Source: a virus (taxonomy: Duplodnaviria > Caudoviricetes). From it: a DNA stretch of 64,000 nucleotides. The notes under the pieces were generated by a model. The model was not told the origin of the DNA and made no database searches. It saw only the letters and a list, made by a program, of their open reading frames with translations. The stretch is from the IMG/VR virus record IMGVR_UViG_3300036987_000310, positions 192,001 through 256,000 of that record. One strand, written 5' to 3'. Below are positions 9,728 to 17,983 of the stretch, one piece after another. Positions within the stretch are counted from its first letter, which is position 1; each line of letters starts with the position of its first letter. The position numbers and the translations under genes were made by a program.

Positions 9728-9925
9728 TCACCACCCCCTAATTGGCGTCTCCTCAACGCGCAGGATGTCCTCGGAGGGGAAGCTTGTTCGCTTGCCCCAT
9801 TCGTCCTCGACAACGACGAACGCTCCCTTATAGGTCAGCGACTTGGTGTAGCTCCCGCCCGACCGCCCCTTGTGGGGAAAGTCGTGCACGGTTCCGTCCT
9901 TCATGAACACTTTGATGTTCGCCAT
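9728..9925 (-). CDS. hypothetical protein
   Basis: MANIKVFMKDG..., GGAG SD. Confidence 0.65.
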   Translation of the reverse strand: MANIKVFMKDGTVHDFPHKGRSGGSYTKSLTYKGAFVVVEDEWGKRTSFPSEDILRVEETPIRGW

Positions 9926-9926
9926 G

Positions 9927-10133
9927 TCAGGGCTTCTCCTCGTCCACAACCAGGAAGCGAGGGCCGGTGGCTACGTAGTCGCGCGTCATCCTCAGCGGCG
10001 GAGCCTTCTCCAAGCCAGCCTCCCACAGCTCGTGATGATGCTCACACAGAACCGATCCCTCTTTGCGAGGCTGCGCGCAATTCCCGGCCGATTCGGCGCA
10101 GGCTCCATGCAGACATTTGCCGTCATACTTCAT
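9927..10133 (-). CDS. small Cys/His protein
   Basis: MKYDGKC...CEHH; GGAGG SD; start reassigned. Confidence 0.55.
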   Translation of the reverse strand: MKYDGKCLHGACAESAGNCAQPRKEGSVLCEHHHELWEAGLEKAPPLRMTRDYVATGPRFLVVDEEKP

Positions 10134-10135
10134 GC

Positions 10136-10474
10136 TCAACCTCCAACTAGAAGAGCACCCCCGCAAGGAACAACATGGTTTGAACGTCCGGCGGGCCATG
10201 TTATCCCACGCCACGCATGCCCTGAGCACCCGGTCATGGCAGCGCAGGGAATGGTGTCCATCTGAAGCAAAATGTCGACGTGCTCGATGTGGGGCGCGTT
10301 GTGGAGGAACGGCCTTCCCCTGCATGCGCGCTCTTCCAGCTCGGGCGGATCCGGCTGTAGCCGCCCAGAGCGCCACTCCTGAAGCTCTAGCTCTGCGGCA
10401 TGCGCCCGTTGCTCCCACTCTCCAGCAATTCGCTCCCACTCTCCAGCAATTCGCTCCCACGCTTTCTTTTTCAT
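10136..10474 (-). CDS. hypothetical protein with WERIAGE heptad duplication
   Basis: ATGA-coupled start; 21-bp tandem repeat 10411-10460. Confidence 0.6.
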   Translation of the reverse strand: MKKKAWERIAGEWERIAGEWEQRAHAAELELQEWRSGRLQPDPPELEERACRGRPFLHNAPHIEHVDILLQMDTIPCAAMTGCSGHAWRGITWPAGRSNHVVPCGGALLVGG

Positions 10475-10656
10475 CGCCAACTCCATCCGGGAGGGTGCTT
10501 GCACCATTGAGCAATTTCGTGAGGGGTGAACAGCACATCGGGCCGGGGAACGCATTGGCACCACCCGTCCACGATTCGTTGCTTGGGGTGGGGGCACTGC
10601 ACGCCGCGCTCGATCTGCTTGCCGGTCAAGCCAACCCCCGGGTAGCAAAGGTTCAC
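10471..10656 (-). CDS. small Cys-containing protein
   Basis: 61 aa, coupled to the next gene. Confidence 0.5.
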   Translation of the reverse strand: MNLCYPGVGLTGKQIERGVQCPHPKQRIVDGWCQCVPRPDVLFTPHEIAQWCKHPPGWSWR

Positions 10657-10829
10657 TCCGTTGATCTCGTCGGGTTTGTCGGCGTAAGACTACATCAGGC
10701 TCTTGTCCGTCCAGACCAAGCTATTCGAGTCCTGCCAGCAGTCTTGGGCCGACTGTTGACACCCAAGAGCGAGGAAAGTTAAAAAGTGCAGAGCTAGCTT
10801 CATGCATTGACTCCTTTCGCCCGGCAGCG

Positions 10830-11423
10830 CTAAGGGACTAGAGCGTTGCCGCGGGCCGAGGCCATTTCCTTAGCCTGTGTTGCTTCTTTCCTGGCTTTGG
10901 CAAGCTCGCGCTCCAACTGCCTCACCCTGGAGCGTTGAAACCTTTTGGAAGCCTCGGCTTCAGCGTCCTGGCGCGAGCGCTCGCGGCTTTGGTCAGCCTG
11001 CAACCGCTGCATTTTCAAAGCCTTGGCCGCAACGCGGCCGTCCCACAGCCAAAGGCCCCACAGCGTTGCAAGCCCTAGCGCAGTGCCGATCGCCACCCCT
11101 GCTTGCTCCGCCGGGCTTGACGCTTCGGCAATTTGCGCAACGAAGTTTATGAGGTACATGGCCGTAAGCCCAAGAGGGCCGACGATGAAGCGCAGGTAGA
11201 CCATGAGGCAAAGGGCGGACGCGACCATGGAGGCAAGAACCAGGTGCGCTTGCCCTTGCAGCAGAAACGCGATGGGAGCAAGGGCGTTCAGAACGGCTCC
11301 TGCGATTGCGACGAAGGAAAGCAGGCGGCTTCGCTGTCTCATTGGAAGCGTTACGGCTGAAAATGCTGAACTTTCGGCAGCCGTTGCGTCTTTCATTTGA
11401 GCCTCGCTTTCGCGGTCGTGCAA
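10830..11423 (-). CDS. membrane protein with C-terminal coiled coil
   Basis: about 4 hydrophobic segments followed by an R/E/A-rich helix. Confidence 0.7.
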   Translation of the reverse strand: MHDRESEAQMKDATAAESSAFSAVTLPMRQRSRLLSFVAIAGAVLNALAPIAFLLQGQAHLVLASMVASALCLMVYLRFIVGPLGLTAMYLINFVAQIAEASSPAEQAGVAIGTALGLATLWGLWLWDGRVAAKALKMQRLQADQSRERSRQDAEAEASKRFQRSRVRQLERELAKARKEATQAKEMASARGNALVP

Positions 11424-11424
11424 A

Positions 11425-11649
11425 TCATTCGAACATTGTCTTTCGAATTTGAGACAGGAGGACGAGGCTGCAGTCCGAGAGCACCGGAGCCCTCTTCCAT
11501 TTGCCGCGCCGATCGCAAAACTGCATCTCCGACCCCCCAGGCTTCGGAACAGCCCACGACATGATCCTGGAGCGGCAAGCCAAGCATTCCCACCCGTGGC
11601 CCAAAACGTCCGAAAACAGCTCCATTTTTTCCCAATCGTGCTGTTGCAT
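11425..11649 (-). CDS. small Zn-binding protein (family B) with C-terminal tag
   Basis: HDW...WECLAC...DCSLVLLSQIRKTMFE*. Confidence 0.75.
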   Translation of the reverse strand: MQQHDWEKMELFSDVLGHGWECLACRSRIMSWAVPKPGGSEMQFCDRRGKWKRAPVLSDCSLVLLSQIRKTMFE

Positions 11650-11666
11650 CGCGAGCCTCAGATTGG

Positions 11667-11873
11667 TCAGCTTTCGTGCACGGACTGCAAAAGCTCTTTT
11701 TCAAGAAACTTGAGGCCAGCTTCGAAAGAAATTTTTTCGCCCTTCCACCCTGAAGAGCACTCGGCGCACCTGGGCTCGAAGAAGCCTGAGCGGCGCTTGA
11801 CAAAGCAAACAGCCGAAACCTGCCTCGAGCGCGTCCTCAAGCACCAGTCGCACAGGACGCGCTTTTCAAACAT
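11667..11873 (-). CDS. small zinc-finger protein (family A) with C-terminal tag
   Basis: CDWC...CAEC...KISFEAG...LLQSVHES*; start reassigned. Confidence 0.75.
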   Translation of the reverse strand: MFEKRVLCDWCLRTRSRQVSAVCFVKRRSGFFEPRCAECSSGWKGEKISFEAGLKFLEKELLQSVHES

Positions 11874-12066
11874 GGTCCTCATACTTGGGCAAGACAACTC
11901 TGCCAACCAGCTTGCAACTGTTGTCAAGCCTAGGCTCGACCAAGCCTTCAGAAAGGCGCAAGCTTTTGTTCCCGACATAGGCTTGACGAAGATCGGGAAG
12001 CACCAAATACCTGTTTCCATTGGACACTTCGATCACGTCTCCTGGCACAGCTTCTTTTTCAACCAT
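11866..12066 (-). CDS. hypothetical protein
   Basis: MVEKEAVPGDVI..., GAGG SD. Confidence 0.55.
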   Translation of the reverse strand: MVEKEAVPGDVIEVSNGNRYLVLPDLRQAYVGNKSLRLSEGLVEPRLDNSCKLVGRVVLPKYEDHV

Positions 12067-12076
12067 TGCAGCCTCC

Positions 12077-12316
12077 TCACGCAGTCCCTTTGAACCGAAT
12101 TGGGCGAGGGCCCGTTTGCTCCTCGACGACGAGCACAAGCGGCTCGGAGCAGCAGAGCCTAGCCGCCAGCTGCCTTTCAGCTTCCTTCAAACGCTCAGGG
12201 GGCCCTTCAAACGCGCATTTGGCACACACGTCCGACCCGTTCGGCCCATACGGGCGCAGCTCGCGAGGCCCGACGCCCCCAGACAGTCCGCAATGGATGC
12301 AAGCTCGCTCAGCCAT
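12077..12316 (-). CDS. small CxxC protein (ELRPYGP motif)
   Basis: CIHCG...ELRPYGPNG..VCAKC. Confidence 0.65.
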   Translation of the reverse strand: MAERACIHCGLSGGVGPRELRPYGPNGSDVCAKCAFEGPPERLKEAERQLAARLCCSEPLVLVVEEQTGPRPIRFKGTA

Positions 12317-12317
12317 T

Positions 12318-12806
12318 TTAACCCCTTTGCCCCGGCCAACTGCGCGAATGGGCGTTGAAAAACTCGGAAGACTTGACGCTTTTAACAGCAGCTTCCCTGG
12401 AAACAATGTCCAGGAGAAACTCGGAAGACTTGTGCACATATTTAACCACCCAAAAGGGCTCGCCCGTCGAATCGTTTTTCCAGACAAAGTTCAAGAAACC
12501 TGACGTGTCAAATGAAGGCGGCTCATTGGGCTTCGCAATTGAAGACCCTGGAAACACTTCCACGTAAGTCCACCCGGATTCTGTCGCCCCCACTCCGTAT
12601 CTTTCATACGTGTCCGGCCGGAGCTGGCTGACATACTCGACCATGCCGTCGAGCACCACGGAGCCATGGCGCATCGTCTCTGGAACGAGATGTTTGGTGG
12701 CGAACACGATTTTGTTGCCACGATCGAGGAAAATCGCATGCCCATTCAGCTGCCTGGAAAAGCAAACTTTTCGCGAAAAGGCTTCCCTATGGCTCACATT
12801 GTCCAT
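12318..12806 (-). CDS. hypothetical protein
   Basis: start reassigned to MDNVSH. Confidence 0.6.
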   Translation of the reverse strand: MDNVSHREAFSRKVCFSRQLNGHAIFLDRGNKIVFATKHLVPETMRHGSVVLDGMVEYVSQLRPDTYERYGVGATESGWTYVEVFPGSSIAKPNEPPSFDTSGFLNFVWKNDSTGEPFWVVKYVHKSSEFLLDIVSREAAVKSVKSSEFFNAHSRSWPGQRG

Positions 12807-12823
12807 TGGCGCCGCTCCTGTTC

Positions 12824-13444
12824 TCAAACATCTGGCGCCTGGCAATTGGCGCGGACAGCTTCTGCGCAGTCGCCTGACGCTTCCCCGAGGCTGCACCCCC
12901 AAAGCTTGGCGAGGTTGTTCAAAACTGCCCCGCACTGTTTCTTGACGTCAGCCTCGCTTTTTTCCTTCAGAACCTCAACCGTTTTCACGCCCTTGATTTG
13001 CATGATCGCGCCAACAGTGGCGGAGACGTCTGCCGCGTTGTCTTTGTCGATTGTGACCAGATACTGCGCCCGCCCGTTCGCGCTGTCAGTTTCAGCTTCA
13101 AATGGCGGAGTTTGCTGGGGAGGCGGGCTTTGAACGGCTCTGCGCCTCACATATGGCCTAATGGGCGCAGGCGCATGTTCAGAATGATTTTTGCAGAACT
13201 CGACGTAGTCCCTTGCCATCAAAGGGTACGGGAACTCCTTCGAGAATTTGACCGTGACGATTCCGTTCCTGTGACGAATTACCTTGACATGCTCAGCAAA
13301 CTCGTGACATTTCCCATCTTTGTACATCTTGCCAGCCAGCAAATTTTCGACAAATCCTTGCCCCTTTTTCTTGTCCCTTCGAAAGAGATGTTCGCCACGA
13401 AGCTTTTGCTCTTCATTCATGGTCACAACCCATTGCCATCTCAT
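12824..13444 (-). CDS. hypothetical protein
   Basis: GGAGGAG SD before MRWQW; the longer ORF runs into repeats. Confidence 0.65.
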   Translation of the reverse strand: MRWQWVVTMNEEQKLRGEHLFRRDKKKGQGFVENLLAGKMYKDGKCHEFAEHVKVIRHRNGIVTVKFSKEFPYPLMARDYVEFCKNHSEHAPAPIRPYVRRRAVQSPPPQQTPPFEAETDSANGRAQYLVTIDKDNAADVSATVGAIMQIKGVKTVEVLKEKSEADVKKQCGAVLNNLAKLWGCSLGEASGDCAEAVRANCQAPDV

Positions 13445-13485
13445 GAAATCTCCTCCTTGACCGGGAACAGCAAGGCTCCCATGCC

Positions 13486-13629
13486 GTCCCAGTTGGGACC
13501 GTGCCAACTGGGAAAACCGTGAAAAATTGTGCCGACTAGACAAATTAGGAAAACCGTGAAAATTGTGCCAATTAGGAAAAACCGCGAAAGATCTATGCCA
13601 ATTAGGAAAGACTCGTGCCAATTAGGAAA
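13486..13629. repeat. non-coding TGCCAA(T/C)T(A/G)GGAAA direct-repeat cluster
   Basis: copies at 13502, 13566, 13596, 13616 plus an interrupted copy at 13529-13552. Confidence 0.85.
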
Positions 13630-13682
13630 AAACCAAGTTTTTACACAGCGGGTCCTTTTTTTAAAGAAAGACCCATATTGCT

Positions 13683-13856
13683 TTATTCTTGCCGCTCGAC
13701 GTCCAGTTGAGCCCTGGCCTGTTGACGGGCCCGCTTTCTGGACCTGCGAAGGAAGGCAACATGAACCTTGCGGCCTCCGATTCGCAAGGTGCCGCGAGAA
13801 CAGCACCCGTACTTGCAGGAGATGTTCTCGGTTCTTTTGTTGCCATACGGTTTCAT
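13683..13856 (-). CDS. small basic Cys-containing protein
   Basis: hand-translated MKPYGNKR...CKYGCC...ERQE*, GGGGA SD. Confidence 0.5.
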   Translation of the reverse strand: MKPYGNKRTENISCKYGCCSRGTLRIGGRKVHVAFLRRSRKRARQQARAQLDVERQE

Positions 13857-13870
13857 TGGAGTCCCCTGTT

Positions 13871-13993
13871 CTATTTGGAGACAGCAACGAGACAGGTGCC
13901 GAGGAAGAATATGACAGTGAGCAAGCCGATGATGGATAGGCAGCCCATGCTGCTGTTGGAGTCCACTTCTTCAACGATGAACTTTTTGCCCAT
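13871..13993 (-). CDS. 40-aa single-pass membrane peptide
   Basis: hand-translated MGKKFIVEEVDSNSSMGCLSIIGLLTVIFFLGTCLVAVSK*; GGAGGT SD. Confidence 0.6.
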   Translation of the reverse strand: MGKKFIVEEVDSNSSMGCLSIIGLLTVIFFLGTCLVAVSK

Positions 13994-14018
13994 GAGACCT
14001 CCTGAAGAATTGTACACT

Positions 14019-14084
14019 GTGCCAAGATCGGCTCAAATATGTGCCAAGACCTGCTCAAATATATGCCATATATTTGAGCCGATC
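14019..14084. repeat. 22-bp tandem direct repeat plus 15-bp inverted repeat
   Basis: GTGCCAAGA(TCG/CCT)GCTCAAATAT x2; 14026-14040 inverted at 14070-14084. Confidence 0.8.
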
Positions 14085-14093
14085 CCCTGCCAT

Positions 14094-14118
14094 ATACTCG
14101 GACGCGCACGAAATTTTC
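14094..14118 (-). promoter_or_regulatory. conserved promoter-like motif GAAAAT-N13-GAGTAT
   Basis: motif copy upstream of 13871..13993. Confidence 0.55.
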
Positions 14119-14120
14119 GG

Positions 14121-14399
14121 TCAGGACTCGTGCACGTCCCACAAGCTCAGCTGGTTTTCAATTGCCCGGATGGCTTTGTTTAATCGAACGAGTTCTAGCC
14201 GGGTTTTTTCTTGACTGTTTTTTTGCCAAGAGCCGATTTGCAAGCAAAGGGAAAGTTCTAGACGCTTGCTGTTTTGCCGAAGTCTTGGGAGAAAGCGTCG
14301 CCGCTCTGCAGCGTCCATCCGGTCTTGGACTGGGGTGCCAACAACCTTTTTCCAGTTGTTGGTAAGCCATTGTAAGGCGGCGACATCCATTCCCGGCAT
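14121..14399 (-). CDS. hypothetical protein with C-terminal tag
   Basis: ends LSLWDVHES*. Confidence 0.7.
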   Translation of the reverse strand: MPGMDVAALQWLTNNWKKVVGTPVQDRMDAAERRRFLPRLRQNSKRLELSLCLQIGSWQKNSQEKTRLELVRLNKAIRAIENQLSLWDVHES

Positions 14400-14402
14400 T
14401 GC

Positions 14403-14666
14403 TCAGCGACGGGTTTTCTTTGCCGGAGCGCGCTTGGCCTTCTTTGCCGGAGCCTTCTTGGGCGGGCGTAAGTTCACGGTTCGGGCGGCTTTCGGCCCAA
14501 CTTCGATGCGCAGCGCGGTTTCCAGCTGTTCCAGCATCTTGCGAGCCGCGGTCTTTTGCCGGCTCCACTCTTCGGGGGTTCGGCGGGACAGGACGAAGGC
14601 GAGAAAGTCCCTGGCCTTCGCGGCTTGAGTGGCGTCCATTTGAAACGTAACTTTTTTCGAAGCCAT
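14403..14666 (-). CDS. basic protein with histone-H1-like PAKK tail
   Basis: ends PPKKAPAKKAKRAPAKKTRR. Confidence 0.75.
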   Translation of the reverse strand: MASKKVTFQMDATQAAKARDFLAFVLSRRTPEEWSRQKTAARKMLEQLETALRIEVGPKAARTVNLRPPKKAPAKKAKRAPAKKTRR

Positions 14667-14757
14667 GATCGCTCTCCGTTTGCGTTTGGCGCTTTGGCGC
14701 CGGATGGTGCTGGGACGTGGCGAGCCGCAGACGGCCTCCGCCCCAGTCGGTTATAGA

Positions 14758-14940
14758 CTACGTTACCAGTCCGGACAGCAAATTGCCTGTTCCCAAACGA
14801 CGCCCATGAGCGTCAAGGGTTGTGTTCGTCTTGGAGTCATATGTTCCCAAGAGCCTTCCCTGGGCGTCGTATGCCTTTTGACGAGACCCTTGGTCTTTGA
14901 TTTCCCCAATTCTTTTGCCCGATGAGTCTTTGAGGACCAT
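14758..14940 (-). CDS. small beta-hairpin repeat protein
   Basis: three D-x-x-G-x-x-(I/L)-G repeats; AGGAG SD. Confidence 0.7.
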   Translation of the reverse strand: MVLKDSSGKRIGEIKDQGSRQKAYDAQGRLLGTYDSKTNTTLDAHGRRLGTGNLLSGLVT

Positions 14941-14964
14941 TTTTGCGAGCTCCTTTAAACCGGG

Positions 14965-14989
14965 ATACTCGCTTTTGGCAAAAATTTTC
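14965..14989 (-). promoter_or_regulatory. conserved promoter-like motif GAAAAT-N13-GAGTAT
   Basis: upstream of 14758..14940. Confidence 0.6.
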
Positions 14990-15015
14990 GTAGGGGATTT
15001 TCGCGGGGAACGATG

Positions 15016-15161
15016 GCCTTTGAAGTTTGTTCAAAGGCAAGGCGGCTTTTGAAGGCTCGTTTAAACGGGGAGGGAGGTTACCCCCTTTGAATGGCAACGC
15101 AAAGTCGTCGGGGGGGGGGCGGATCTGACTCTGCGTTGCCCTTCAAAGGGGGCGTTTAAAC
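15016..15161. other. structured non-coding element (two hairpins, G10 run)
   Basis: 9-bp IR 15016-15038; long stem 15081-15152; GTTTAAAC at 15059 and 15154. Confidence 0.7.
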
Positions 15162-15176
15162 CGGTGCAATTAAAGC

Positions 15177-15425
15177 CTAATAACTTTGAAATTTGCTTTC
15201 AATAGTGATTTTTGACACGAGTCTACCCGGCGATTTTCTCCAAACCTCATTTTCTTGAAATTCTCTCTGTTGGAACGGTCGGACGTTTTTCACTGCTCGC
15301 TCGTATCTCTGGGCTTCTCGCTTGAGATAGCCACCCTTGCGGGCTTCGTGACAGCAGTGCGAGATTGTGGCAAAAATTGCCTCAGTGTGCTGGACCTGGA
15401 CCGGTTGGAGAATTTCAAGGAGCAA
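15177..15425 (-). CDS. hypothetical protein
   Basis: 82-aa ORF only. Confidence 0.4.
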   Translation of the reverse strand: MLLEILQPVQVQHTEAIFATISHCCHEARKGGYLKREAQRYERAVKNVRPFQQREFQENEVWRKSPGRLVSKITIESKFQSY

Positions 15426-15616
15426 AGGCCTGGAGGCCGGGTCTTATTCAAACATTTGACTGTTCGAACTCGGGTGCGATCGCACCAACTCAGGTCGCTT
15501 CAGCTCGGCTATTCCGACTTATCCTAGGCAATCGGTACGGCTCCGCTTCCACGACATTAAATGTCGGCCATAAAAAGTTTGTTGTGGGGTGGGGTTTCTG
15601 GTGGGGGGAGATTTCG

Positions 15617-16345
15617 CTAGAACTTGAGAGCGGGTTCGACGCGCTTGACGCATTGCGCAAGAAGAGCGCGGGTTGCGTCATCCACTTCGCGAATGGCCTT
15701 CTCGTAGGTCTTGGTTGCCGACACCTTCACATCGGTGTCGAACAGCGTGAGCATTGCGTTTTCGAGGTCGTCGCCCTGCATTCCGAGCTCGCCCAGCAGG
15801 CCTCGAACCAGCTCTTCGGCGTTCGCCTTGAGTCGCTTGGACTCCTCGACCACGAACAGCTTCGCGAAATCCGTGGTGGCCACTGCTCCCGAGTCCCTGA
15901 GCGACAGCACCGTGTCCTTTTGGCACGTGTAGCGGTTGGTGCACACCACCGAAACGTACTTGGTTTCGCGTCCAGGGGTGTCGGAGTCTTCGCAGGCAGG
16001 CACTTCGACCGAGTAGGGCACGCTCATGGTGGTCACGTCGGCCTTGAAGGTGTCGTTGTACAGGTCCCTCTTTTCGACTCCATACTGGCGCATGTCGGTT
16101 TGCACCATGGCGAACCGGGCCTCCGCCTCTTCGAGCGCAGCCTTCAGCTCGGCGACTTCCTGAGCCTTGTCGGACATTGCCGGATCGAACCCGAGGCGCA
16201 CCACGTTCTTGTCGCGGCGGGCCCCTGCGAGGGCTGGGTCCTGAAGCTGGGTGGTCAGCGCGCTCGCGGGACCTCCCTCAGCGTTCTTCTTGCTGGCGAG
16301 CTTCTTGAGGGTGTCCAAGGCGCTGATTTTCGGGGGATTTGCCAT
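15617..16345 (-). CDS. hypothetical coiled-coil protein (GC-rich codon usage)
   Basis: own promoter motif and GGAG SD before MANPPKIS. Confidence 0.8.
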   Translation of the reverse strand: MANPPKISALDTLKKLASKKNAEGGPASALTTQLQDPALAGARRDKNVVRLGFDPAMSDKAQEVAELKAALEEAEARFAMVQTDMRQYGVEKRDLYNDTFKADVTTMSVPYSVEVPACEDSDTPGRETKYVSVVCTNRYTCQKDTVLSLRDSGAVATTDFAKLFVVEESKRLKANAEELVRGLLGELGMQGDDLENAMLTLFDTDVKVSATKTYEKAIREVDDATRALLAQCVKRVEPALKF

Positions 16346-16385
16346 CTCGTCATCTCCTGGGTTGTGGTGGCCGTCTCGCGATCCG

Positions 16386-16410
16386 GTACTCGCGACCCTG
16401 CGCGATCTGC
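16386..16410 (-). promoter_or_regulatory. promoter-like motif GCAGAT-N13-GAGTAC
   Basis: upstream of 15617..16345. Confidence 0.65.
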
Positions 16411-16419
16411 GTTCTCCTT

Positions 16420-16881
16420 TCACGCCGACATGACTTTTTGAACTAAGAGATTTTCCTTCGCTTGCTCAGTTTGCTCCTTTGTTGCAAACTTATGGACAAT
16501 TTTCTTTAAATTGAACTTTTTCGTTCTGAGAACCGTCAGATCTGCTCCGTGTTCTAGGAGCAGTTTGCACACTTCAAAGTGCCCTGCTCGTGCAACACAC
16601 CGGAGCGCCCAATCATCATCTGCATGAACGTTCGCTCCGTGTTCTAGAAGCAGTTTGCACACTTCCAAGTGCTTACCCTTTGCAGCATATTGAAGTGCCC
16701 AGTCATCATTTGCATGAACGTTCGCCCCGTTTTCTAGAAACAATCTGCACACTTCTAAGTGCCCCCATGCTGCAGCATACTGGAGCGCCAAATCGTTTTT
16801 CGCGTGAACATCTGCTCCGTGTTCCAAGAGCAGTTTGCACGTCTCTAGATACCCAAGTTTTGCAGCTTTGGTCAGATCCAT
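16420..16881 (-). CDS. ankyrin-repeat protein (4 repeats) with conserved tail and C-terminal tag
   Basis: ALQYAA..GHLEVCKLLLEHGA repeats; ends LLVQKVMSA*. Confidence 0.95.
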   Translation of the reverse strand: MDLTKAAKLGYLETCKLLLEHGADVHAKNDLALQYAAAWGHLEVCRLFLENGANVHANDDWALQYAAKGKHLEVCKLLLEHGANVHADDDWALRCVARAGHFEVCKLLLEHGADLTVLRTKKFNLKKIVHKFATKEQTEQAKENLLVQKVMSA

Positions 16882-16890
16882 CCAGTCACC

Positions 16891-17262
16891 TCATGCGCTC
16901 ATGACTTTTTGAATGGAAAGAGTTTTTCTTGCTTGCTCAATTTGTTCTTTCGTTGCAAATTCTTTGACAGTTTTCATTAAATTGAACTTTTTCGTTCTGA
17001 AAACTGTCAAATCTGCTCCGTATTCTAGGAGCAGTTTGCACACTTCCGTGTGTCTTTCTGACGTAGCACACCGGAGCGCATAATTGTTGTCTGCATGAAC
17101 GTTCGCTCCATTTTCCAAGAGCAATTTGCACACTTCCAAGTGCCCATTCCGTGCAGCATGCTGAAGCGCCCAGTCTTTATTTGCGTGAACGTTTGCCCCG
17201 TTTTCTAGGAGCAATTTGCACACTTCCAAGTGCCTATGTGCTGCAGCTTTGATCAGATCCAT
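16891..17262 (-). CDS. ankyrin-repeat protein (3 repeats) with C-terminal tag
   Basis: same repeat consensus; ends LSIQKVMSA*. Confidence 0.95.
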   Translation of the reverse strand: MDLIKAAAHRHLEVCKLLLENGANVHANKDWALQHAARNGHLEVCKLLLENGANVHADNNYALRCATSERHTEVCKLLLEYGADLTVFRTKKFNLMKTVKEFATKEQIEQARKTLSIQKVMSA

Positions 17263-17271
17263 CCAGTCACC

Positions 17272-17913
17272 TCAAGTGTTCATGACTTTTTGAACGGAAA
17301 GTTCACTTTTTGCTTGCTCAGTTTGCTCTTTCGTTGCAAATTTATTAACGACCTTTTTCAAATTGAACTTTTTCGTTCTGAAAATTGTCAGATTTGCTCC
17401 GTTTTCCAAAAGCAGTTTGCACACTTCAAAGTGTCCGTTTGACGCAGCGTATCGGAGCACATAATCGTTATCTACATGAATGTCTGCTCCGTTTTCCAGA
17501 AGCAGTTTGCACACTTCCAGATGCCCATTCCGTGCAGCATACTGGAGTGCATAATTGTTATCTACATGAATGTCTGCTCCATGTTCTAGGAGCAATTTGC
17601 ACACTTCTGGGTGCCCGTTTGACGCAGCGCGTCGGAGCGACCAGTCATTACCTACATGAACGTTCGCCCCATGTTCTAGGAACAATTTGCACACTTCCAA
17701 GTGCCCATTTAACGCAGCAATTTGAAGCGCCCAGTCATCATCTGCATGAATGTCTGCTCCGTGTTCCAAGAGCAATTTGCACACTTCCAGATGCCCATTC
17801 CGTGCAGCTTGTTGGAGCGCCCAGTCACTGTGTGCGTGAATGTCTGCTCCGTTCTCTAGGAACAGTTTGCACACTTCCAAGTGCCCATTCTGTGCGGCTT
17901 CGATCAGACCCAT
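17272..17913 (-). CDS. ankyrin-repeat protein (6 repeats) with C-terminal tag
   Basis: ends LSVQKVMNT*. Confidence 0.95.
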   Translation of the reverse strand: MGLIEAAQNGHLEVCKLFLENGADIHAHSDWALQQAARNGHLEVCKLLLEHGADIHADDDWALQIAALNGHLEVCKLFLEHGANVHVGNDWSLRRAASNGHPEVCKLLLEHGADIHVDNNYALQYAARNGHLEVCKLLLENGADIHVDNDYVLRYAASNGHFEVCKLLLENGANLTIFRTKKFNLKKVVNKFATKEQTEQAKSELSVQKVMNT

Positions 17914-17933
17914 CCAGTCACCTCCGCGATCGA

Positions 17934-17958
17934 ATACTCGCGATCGGCGCTGGCTTGC
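17934..17958 (-). promoter_or_regulatory. promoter-like motif GCAAGC-N13-GAGTAT
   Basis: heads the ankyrin triplet; followed by GGAGGTGA. Confidence 0.7.
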
Positions 17959-17983
17959 GTTTTATTGTGAACGGAATGATGAA

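Noticed and set aside
10411-10460. 21-bp tandem repeat
   Set aside because: Simple in-frame WERIAGE duplication in a coiled coil; no sign of a regulatory role.
13486-13629. Mini-CRISPR array, or the repeat-encoding N-terminal extension of ORF 12824..13621
   Set aside because: Repeats are 14 bp with 6-16 bp gaps, too short for CRISPR. A strong SD marks the real start at 13444.
16420-17913. 99-bp DNA repeats as a CRISPR array or DGR template/variable pair
   Set aside because: The repeats are in-frame ankyrin units without unique spacers. No cas gene or reverse transcriptase is in the window, and I did not notice adenine-specific variation (not formally tested).
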